Below are positions 53,427 through 64,000 of a stretch of 64,000 nt of DNA, piece by piece. The stretch is from the human T2T-CHM13v2.0 reference genome, Homo sapiens. Where the stretch lies: the NCBI RefSeq assembly GCF_009914755.1, contig NC_060931.1; one strand, written 5' to 3'. The notes under the pieces are model-generated. The model saw only the letters and a list, made by a program, of their open reading frames with translations. It did no database searches and was not told the DNA's origin. Position numbers and translations under genes: made by a program. Within the stretch, counting starts at the first letter, position 1; the number at the start of each line of letters is the position of its first letter.

Positions 53427-53908
53427 TGAAACTGACCCAATAGTCCCATAGATAGTTTTTGTTGTTGTTGTTGCTGTTTTTTTTTTTTTGGATAAACATA
53501 GAAATTGACCCTTCTGGTCTTAAAGCTTGAGACTTATATTTGTTTTATCTGAGTTCTTTCCTCAGGAAACAACCTTTAGGCTTCTCAAAAAAAAAAAAAA
53601 AAATCAAAAGAATTGAAACTTACCAGATCACTGCATCCAGACATGACAGGCCAGACCCTTCATTCATCCTGATTGCTTCCTTTCCCCTCCCTAGTTTCTG
53701 CTTTCTTATACCTGTTACATTTCTTCCCTGCTATATTAGCCCCTAGTTTTAGTTGGTCAGGGAAATGGATTTGAGACTGAGCTCCCAACTCCTCCGCTGC
53801 AGCACCTAATTAAAGCCTTCTTCCTTGGCAATAATCCTCGTCTCAGAGATTGGCTTTCTGTGTGGTGAGCAGCAGGACCTAGATTAAACCCCTCATGTTT
53901 CAGTAATA
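53427..53908 (+). mobile_element. LTR26-like ERV1 solo LTR, inserted in an L2 3' end
   Basis: Starts TGAAACTGACCCAATAGTCCCATAGA; contains ATTAAA; ends tttcagtaata; 4-bp TSD CCAG. Confidence 0.8.
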
Positions 53909-54899
53909 CCAGCACCTGGAATAATTTCTAGAACACAGAGGTACTAAGTAATGGTCTACTGAACTGAACAAAGGTAGTCAATTCAGACAGTAATAATTAT
54001 AAGACAGATATAAATAGAGCAAAATGTCAATGCAGTTTGTGGGGAGGGGGTTAACATCATGAAAGGCATCCAGGAAAATGCGGATTCTGATAGGTAAATG
54101 AGAAAAGGGGAGAAATGCAGTCGAGAGCTGGCATAAACAAACGTAAACTGAAGAAACCCCTGGGATCTGACATGGGAGCAGGAAGTAGATCATAATTGGA
54201 AAATGTTAGAAAACCTCTGGTAGAGGTCCTGGCAAGACTGCACTGAGCCGTGTGGCCATTGAGGGCAGGTTAATAATTTGATACCTCTTTGTGCCAACAT
54301 TTGTTAAATATCTGTTCAGCATTTACTTATTAGGGCTAGTGAAAAATCAAATTTCTATTAATAAAAGGTGAATACCATTTCTTGGAATTTAGCAATTCAC
54401 TTTTCTCGAATTATCTCAATTAGGAATTTTTCTGATACTTTAAAAATTATTTTGTAAATTGTAAATTGACAAATTGTAGTTGTGTTTATTTTCTGACACT
54501 CATAATTTTTCCAACACACTAAGGAGAGAGGTAAAGCACATACATGGATAAAATCACATTGCCCAGACCCAGCAACACCCCATGCGTGATCTGGTTTCAG
54601 AAATGTCACTACTCACCAACCAAAGCCAACTAGTCTATAGGCTGGTGGCGTTGCCTTGTTAGGCCTTGAGCAATGACATTATGCTCACTGAAAAAGAATA
54701 CCTCAGTCATTACACAAGCTCAACAAGGAGTATTTATAACTTTTCAGTAAGTGAGATCAACTTCCTTGGCCAAAGCAGAATCCATTTACATTTGACAGTT
54801 ATATGATTCTTCATTTAAAAAATGAGTTAAATGGGAGCATATATCCATTATACCAGTGATGTTGTAAGGCAGGTGTGTGGTTGGTCCTCTCCTTAATCA

Positions 54900-55030
54900 G
54901 ATTCCAAGATTATGCTCACTTTACAGATGGAAAAACTGAGGCTGAGAGATGTCAGATAGTTTGCACAGAATTATACAGGAAGTGAGTAAAGGAGACAGTT
55001 AAGTACACTCAGGTCTGACACTATCTGTAC
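54900..55030 (-). mobile_element. MIR
   Basis: ttacagatggaaaaactgaggctgagagatg. Confidence 0.65.
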
Positions 55031-55886
55031 CAATATGTTTTAAAGATTAAATAGCCTAAAATAAATTGAACAGAAATGAGGCTGAAAACAAACAAAAAAA
55101 AGCAGGAGCTTTATTTCAAACAGTATAAGCATGAACTGACTTAGATTTCCTACTAAGAACTAAGGAATCTGATGTTTAAAGAAGTGATGTTTGATGAGTC
55201 AGTGAGGGATGGGGCTGGGATTGCAATGGAAGCTGGCTGCCTTTCAGTTCCCAGGGCCCTGCTATGGAGATGTGCCCAGGTGGGCCTGTGCTGGGAGAGT
55301 GGAGGCAGGAGTGGTCACTGGCAGCAATGTCATTAAGGCCGTAATGACTTACACAATTTTAAGTGTTCCTACCCATTGCCTTCCCCCCAAATCCTCCCTA
55401 GGCCTTCCAGCCCATGGTTCTATAGAAAAAGATAATAAATGTTTGCTACATGAAAGAAATGTATTATTTTTATTAACGTTTGAATAAAGGTGTGCTGTAT
55501 GTTCGGGAAAGCCATAGCACTCAGACAGCCCAATAAATCTACTGTGGGGAGACTGAAAGCAGAGGTGGCTGAAAAGCTCCCATCTCCCCCATCAGATACT
55601 CCATGCTCAGCACACTTGACAAGGGGCAACTCAAGCCACTGAGAGAGTTCTGGGTGGCCTCGCTCCACCCTCCCTGCTGCCTTACTGATTGCATGATTTA
55701 TCCCTGCCCTACAGCAGAGAGGACTCCATTTCAACTCTTACATCTTTTTTTTTTTAATAGCTAAGACTCTCCAAGCTTCTCTTCTACTTCTTAATAGGTT
55801 TTTACAGTGTTTTCTTTTGATTAAGATTTAATATACGTCCATTCAATGGAAAAGTTATTCAACAGAAAACAATGATAATGTCGTTA

Positions 55887-56373
<487 letters not shown>

Positions 56374-56423
56374 TTATCCAACTAAAATAAAACCTTGATA
56401 AACAAAAATCAAGTTAACCTTAG

Positions 56424-56786
<363 letters not shown>

Positions 56787-58784
56787 AGCTTTACTTTTTT
56801 TTTGTGCCTTTCAATGTTGTGTTCTAGTGACAATACAGATTCAGGTCAATCTGCTATCATCACACAGTAAAATATTGAGCAGCAACGATTCCTAGATATT
56901 GCAAAATGTTCATTCACTTAAAAAGATCCTAGTGTACTCCAATACTCTACACAATTTCTCTCAGAAATTAAATTGTAAAAGATTTATTTCAGCCAGCAAA
57001 AGAAAAACAACTCTGAGCCTACCTATGTGTCAGTACAAAGCTCTGTGTGCTTTAGGCCATCTCATTTAGCCCCTCCAACAAGCCCCAGAAGCATGTGCCA
57101 TTAGCTCCATTGTCCAGAATAAGAAAATGAGCCTCTAGAAGTCACTAAGTCATGCCAAGTGGCTAAGCCAGGACTGAACCTGAGTCTTTTGATTTGCTTT
57201 TCACAGCTACTTGATGCTGCCATGGGGATTGTAAACCAGAAAACTCAACAGGTCAGGTCTAAAGGACATTCTTGTTAACTAAAGTTTATTGCAGACATCT
57301 ACATTTTAAAACATTTATTGCAACTTTTTGCCACTTATATTATGCTCATTAAGTTTTTTTGTTTCTGAATTGTCAGTAATTTTACTGCCAAATCTTCCCA
57401 GTAGACATTACAGTGGAATTTTAAAACATACAGTGGAGCCACCAAGAATTCCCCAGGTGTCCTTGTGTTTGCAAATACAAGCAGTGACACCAAATGAGCC
57501 ACTAAATAAATAGAGGGGGCAGGGGCAGTCCAAGATAAGTCCAGGAAATAAGACTGGAAAATTTGCCTTAACCCCCATCAAAACCTATCCTGCTAGAATT
57601 TAAAGGAACTTCCTTTTATTATACATTAGGGAAAAATAAAGCATTATTCCTACAATACTTCTTGTACAATTGTTTGTGAAATTACATCAACTCACCAAGT
57701 TTCAATTTCATTACTTGTAAACGGGAGATGATAAAAACCTATGGGATGGATGTGTGGAAGGAGGGATGGATTTAAACTACTTAATCAATGTTAGTGACTT
57801 TATATTATTATACAAAACATGGTGATATGCTTTTTTGCATTGTTATCTGTGGATGGGATGGTTTTCCTCGTCAGACCCACCTGCCACTGGGGTAGAGTGG
57901 AAGATAAGGAATATAAAAACAAAGTCATTAATATTTATATTCCAACACCCAAAGCAGAACTTTGTGGCAAGACAACAGACTTGAAATGGCAGAATCTGTA
58001 GAGATTCTGTTACCTTTCTTTGCATATCATGAACCAACTCTTTAAGTCCCAGATCTTGACCTTCTCTCCTGCGATGCTAAGTTGCAGGCTCCTCCCCTAA
58101 AGGAGGAAGTCAGGAAGTGACAGGTTGGAAAAGTTCAAGGCTGTCCCCATATTGCATCAAGTAGACTGTGGGAAGAAGGGTGACAAGGCAACAGAAAGGG
58201 CAGGTAAAAAGCTATGGGCCTGATCTCCCTTGGCTGGGCTAGGTCTGAGAGGGTGAGGCCAGAGAGATGGCCGAGGGTAAACTGTGGGCAGGGGTGCTGG
58301 TTTGCACACAGATCAGTCTTGGCACACAGAGAAGACTGCCCCAAAGTCTGCCCCCAGCACCTCTGGAAGTCAGCAGAGTCACAGCAAGTCAGCAGCTATT
58401 TTTCCTGAGTAGCTCTTCTTTCCCAGGATGGGAAGGTTCCTAGCACTTAGCAGTTTCCACATGCCCTGGGGATAGGGACTTGCTATGGAGCCTCCCCTTA
58501 CAAAAGGCAAAGGTCTGGATGGAGCATGTGGCAGGGAGGCCATAGGGTTTAAGTTCTGCCAATATGGGGTGGGGCAGCCAGAAAGGCCTAGAGACCCTGA
58601 CCCAGCTGAGAAGGGCCCCTGGTCACCACTCGAATTCACTAGGGCAGAGTGACTGGCATGGTCCATGTGGCTCCAACAATCCCTGCATGCCAGGGAATGA
58701 GCGATCCAAAAGTGGGGACTGAAACCAGCCCCAGGAAGCAGCTACATCTTAAACAGACTTTTCATTATGAAAAGAGTTCAAATT

Positions 58785-59100
<316 letters not shown>

Positions 59101-59350
59101 AAGAGTTCAAATCAGAAACAACTACAATATTGCTCAGTGACAGTGGGTAGCAACTTGTAAGGACCACAGAGCCACTGTCAAAAATAAAGAACATAGCATT
59201 TCCCCTCTACATTTCAGTGCAGTTAATAATTCTGAAAGCCTCTATATTACCATTTTTGAATATCAATGTAAGTACTTACGGCTCACAAAAGAAAGCAATC
59301 TCATAAGACTGTCAAATAACGAAACTAAGCCAAAATATATTTGGGGATAA

Positions 59351-59669
<319 letters not shown>

Positions 59670-60272
59670 AAAAAAAAATGCTGATAGAGCATTAGTTATC
59701 AGCCCAATCTATTTCTTAAGTTTTAATTTTTAATTGACAAATAAGAGTTGTATATATTTATGGGATACAATAGGATGCTTTGATGTATGCATACATTGTG
59801 GAATGATTTTAGAATGACTATGTATACATTGTCAAGTGATCATATCAAACTAACATATCCATCACCTTCCATACTTATCATTTTTTTACAGTGAAAACAT
59901 TGAGAATCTATTCTTTTAGTAATTTTGAAATAGATACTACATTATTATTAACTATAGTCACCGTGCTGTGCAATCGATATGGAAAAGTTAGTCCTCCTAT
60001 CTAACTGAAATTTTGTACCCTTTGGTCAACATCTCCCCAGTCCTCTCCTACTGCTACCCGCCAAGCCTGTGGTTACTACCTTTCTACTCTCTACTTCCGT
60101 AAGTTCTACTTTCTAAGTTCCACTTTCTAAGGTTCCCACACGTAAGTGAGATCATGTAGTATTTCTCTTTCTGTGCCTGGCTTATTTCACTTAGCAAAAT
60201 GTCCTCCAAGTTTATCCATGTTGTTGCAAATGACATTATTTCCTTCTTTTTCAAGACTGAATAGTATTCTAT

Positions 60273-60340
60273 TGTGTGTGTGTATATATACATATATACA
60301 CATATACGTGTGTGTGTATATACATATATATATACACACA
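60273..60340. repeat. Compound (TG)/(TA)/(CA) microsatellite
   Basis: About 68 bp of alternating purine-pyrimidine sequence. Confidence 0.85.
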
Positions 60341-60415
60341 CCATATTTTATTCATTCATCTGTTGATGGACACTTCCGTTGATTCCATATCTCAGCAATT
60401 GTGAATACCGTAATG

Positions 60416-60890
60416 CAGAGGTCTTCAACCCCCACGCCACGGACTGGTGCTGATCCATGGCCTGTTAGGAACCAGGCCACACAGCAGGAGGTGAGCGGTG
60501 GGTGAGTGAACATTACCGCCTGAGCTCTACCTCCTGTCGGATCAGTAGCGGCATTAGATTCTCACAGAAGCGTGAACCCTATTGTGAACTGCACATGTGA
60601 TCTAGGTTGCATGCTCCTTGTGAAAATCTAATGCCCAGTGATTTGTCACTGTCTCCCATCACCCCCAGATGGAATCATCTAGTTGCAGGAAAACAAGCTC
60701 AGGTCTTCCACTGATTCTACATTATGGTGAGTTGTATAATTATTTCATTATATATTACAATGTAATAATAATAAAGTGCACAGTAAATAATGTGCTTGAA
60801 TCATCCTGAAACCATCCCCCTACCCCAGTCCGTAGAAAAACTGTCTCCCATGAAACAGGTCCCTGGTGCCAAAATGGTAGGCGACCGCTG
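60416..60890 (+). mobile_element. MER1-family (hAT-Charlie) non-autonomous transposon
   Basis: cagaggtcttcaacc...ggtaggcgaccgctg termini; internal ggcctgttaggaacc and gcattagattctca. Confidence 0.88.
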
Positions 60891-61829
60891 CTGAAATTAA
60901 AATGAGAGTGCAGATATCTCTTCAACATACTAATTTCAATTCTTTTGAATAGATACCTGAAGTAGGATTGCTAGGTCATATGGTAATTACATTTCTAGTT
61001 TTTTGAGGAAACTCCATATTGTGGTATGGCTGTACTAATTTACATTTCCACCAGCAAAGTACAAGGATTATCTTTTCTTCATATCCTCGTCAATACTTAT
61101 CTTTCATCTTTTTGCTAATAGCCATTCTAACAAGTAGCAGGTGATAGCTGACTGTGATTTTAATTTGCATTTCTCTCATGAATAGTAATATTGACCACTT
61201 TTTGCAGGAACCTGTTGGCTATTTGTATATCTTTGACAAATGTCTATTTAAGTTCTTTGGCCATTTTAAAATCAGGTTTTCTTCCTATCATGTTGTTTCA
61301 ATTCTTTATATATGTTGGCTATTAACACCTTATCAAATGTGTGGTTTATAAATAATTTTTACCACTCTGCGTGTTGTCTCTTCATTCTGTTAATTACTCC
61401 CTTTCTTGTGCAGAAGCTTCTTAGTTTGATGTAATCTCATTTGTCTTTTTTCGCTTTTATTGCTTGTGCTTTTGGGGTCATTTCCACAAAAATCATTGTC
61501 TAGACCAATGTTATACAGATTTCCCCCTATGTTTTCTTCTAGAAGTGTACAGTGTAAATTCACACATTTAAGTCTTTAATCTATTTTTCATTTGTTTTTG
61601 TATATGGTGTGAGATAGGGGGTCCAATTTCATTCTTCTGCTTGAGGATATCCAGTTTCCCAGCACCAATTAAAGACTGCCCATTTTGTATATTTTTCAAG
61701 TCCATGTTGAAGGCACTAAGCCATATTTCCTCTCAAATAAATAAAAGTACATGTATTTTGAATTTCCACATAAACTGAGAAAACCATAGGCTACTTCAAC
61801 TATTTGGCTTTCTTCTTAAAATATCAACA

Positions 61830-64000
61830 TAACACACTCTTATTCAAGATAGTACTGGAAGCCCATGCCAAGCAATCAGGAAAGAGAAAGAAATAAAAGG
61901 CATCCAATTAGGAAAACTATCTCTCTTCACTGATACGATTCTATACCTAGAAAATCTCAAAGGCTCCTGGGACTGATAAGTGGCTTCAGTGGAGTTTCAG
62001 GCTACAAAATTGATGTACATAAAACAGTAGCATTTCTATACACCAATAATGTTCAGGAAGAGCGCCAAATCAAGAACACAATCAAATTTACAACAGCCAC
62101 ACAAAAAACAAAATACCTAGGAATACATCTAACTAGAGAGGTGAAAGGTATCTACAAGGACAACTACAGAACACTGCTGAAAGAAATCATAGATGACACA
62201 CACACACACAAAAATGGAAAAACATGGATTGGAAGAATGAATATCGTTAAAATGGCCATACTGCCCAAAGCAATCTACAGATGCAGTGCCATTCCTATCA
62301 AGCTACCATTGTCATTTTTCACAGAACTAGAAAAAACTATTCTAAAATTCATATGGAATAAAAAAAGAGCCCAAATAGCCAAAGCAATCCTAAGCAAAAG
62401 GAACAAAGCCAGAAGCCATCATATTCACTGACTTCAAACTATATTATAAGGCTACAGTTACCAAAACAGCATGGTACTGTTACAAAAATAGACACAAAGA
62501 CCAATGGAACAGAATAGATAACCTAGAAATAAAGCTGCACACCTACACCCATCTGATCTCTGACAAAATCAACAAAAATAAGCAATGGGGAAAGGACTCC
62601 CTATTCAATGAATGGTGCTGGGATAACTGCCTAGCCAATATACAAAAGAATGAAATATACCCCTACCTTTTACCATTTATAAAAACCAACAAGATTGATT
62701 AAAGATTTAAATGTAAGACGTCAAACTATAAGAATACTAGAAGAAAACCTGGGAAGCACCATTGTGGACATTAGCCTTGGCAAAAAAAAATTATTACTAG
62801 GCCTTCAAAAGCAATTGCAGCAAAAACAAAAACTGACAAGTGGGACCTAATTAAACTAAAGAGTTTCTGGACAGCAAAATAAATTATCAACAGAGTAAAG
62901 AGACAAACTACAACATGGGGGAAAATATTTGCAAACAGTGCATCTGACAAAGGTCTAATATCCAGAATCTATAAGGAACTTAAACAATTGAACAGGAAAA
63001 ACAAAACAACCCCATTAAAAAATGAGCAAAATACGTGAACAGACACTTTTCAAAAGAAGACACACAAGCAGCCAATAAACATATGAAGAAATGCTCAACA
63101 TCACTAATCATCCAAGAAATGTAAATCAAAACTCCAATGAGTTATCATCTGACACCAGTCAGAATGGCTATTACTAAAAAGTCAAAAGACAACAGATGCT
63201 GGCAAGACTGCAGAGAAAAGGGAATGCTTGTACACTGTTGGTGAGAATACAAATTAGTTCAGCCACTGTGGAAAGCAGTTTGAAGACTTCTCAAAGAACT
63301 TAAAATAGAACTACCATTTGACCCAGCAATCCCATTACTGGGTATATTTCCAAAAGAAAATAAATCGTTCTGCCAAAAAGACACATGCACTCATATGTTT
63401 ACTGCAGCAGTATTCACAATAGCAAAGACATGGTGATGCGGTTTTGCTGCATCCCCACCCAAATCTCATCTTGAATTGTAGCTCCCATAATCCCCTCGTG
63501 TCATGGGAGAGACCCAGAAGGAGGTAACTAAATCATGGAGGTGGGTTTTTCATGTGCTGTTGTTTGTGACAGTAAATAAGTCTCAAGAGATCTGATGGTT
63601 TTATAAAGGGCAGTTCCCACACACACTCTCTTGCCTGCTGCCATCTAGGACATGCATTTGCTTCTCCTTCACCTTCTGCCATGATTGTGAGGCCTCCCCA
63701 TTCATGTGGAACTGTGAGTCCTCCCCATTCATGTGGAACTGTGAGTCCATTAATCCTCTTTTTCTTTATAAATTACCCTGTCTAGGGTATTTCTTCATAG
63801 CAGTATGAAAATGCACTAATATAAATAAAACCAACCTAGAGACCCATTAATGGTGGACTGGATAAAAAAAAAAATGGTACATATATACCATGAAATACTA
63901 TGCAGCCATAAAAATAATGAAATAATGTCCTTTGTAGCAATATGGTTGCAGCTGGAGGCCATTATACTACGTGAATTAACGCAGGAACAGAAAACCAAAT
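61830..64000 (+). mobile_element. L1PB/L1MA-type ORF2 3' half, decayed, interrupted by THE1 and running off the window
   Basis: ORF 62141..62431 gives [19 protein letters not shown]...[15 protein letters not shown], which is L1 ORF2p; multiple stops and frameshifts. Confidence 0.92.
63434..63823 (+). mobile_element. THE1 (MaLR) solo LTR nested in L1
   Basis: tgatgcggttt...ccccacccaaatctcatcttgaattgtagctcccataatccc...cactaatata; internal 27-bp tandem duplication. Confidence 0.92.

Larger units (their letters stand above)
59718..61690 (-). mobile_element. L1MA-type 3' portion (3' UTR plus ORF2 end), interrupted by MER1
   Basis: ttttaattgacaaataa...ctgtgcctggcttatttcacttagc...gatatccagtttcccagcacca; ORF 60084..60344 contains the L1-like KKKEIMSFATTWINLEDILLSEISQAQK. 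Confidence 0.88.

Noticed and set aside
62141-62431. L1 ORF2-like 96-aa ORF as a functional reverse transcriptase
   Set aside because: It is a short fragment of a 5'-truncated, frameshifted, LTR-interrupted L1.
59718-64000. Back-to-back L1 segments as one 5'-inverted L1
   Set aside because: Both segments cover the same ORF2-end region (atccagtttcccagcacca versus tggtgctgggataactg) and differ in sequence, so they are two independent insertions.

Overview
Primate (almost certainly human) genomic DNA, mostly intronic, from the middle of RAPGEF5 (MR-GEF/GFR/Repac), transcribed on the minus strand. Four GT-AG exons of the long isoform (47034-46961, 36106-35981, 10154-10036, 9576-9488) splice into one open frame. 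It encodes what looks like a decayed Epac-type cAMP-binding domain followed by the start of the REM (RasGEF_N) domain. The short isoform begins at ATG 9782 (MGSSRLRVFDPHL...), inside a long-isoform intron. The rest is ordinary repeat-rich intron: about 16 Alu/FRAM, L1, L2, MIR, THE1, LTR26, LTR33-like, MER1, MER5A and MER58A. There are no prokaryote-type systems, CRISPR arrays or RNA genes, and I see no new multi-gene system. The best leads are: loss of the phosphate-binding cassette from the vestigial cAMP-binding domain; a WASP-like EDEDDEW motif unique to the short isoform; a strong extra 3' splice site plus uORFs just ahead of the short-isoform ATG; a candidate in-frame 51-nt exon next to a candidate truncating terminal exon near 19.3-19.5 kb; a perfect 77-bp dispersed duplication; and a tiny twin-primed L1. 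Gene, protein and repeat-family assignments come from recalled sequences, not from database searches.
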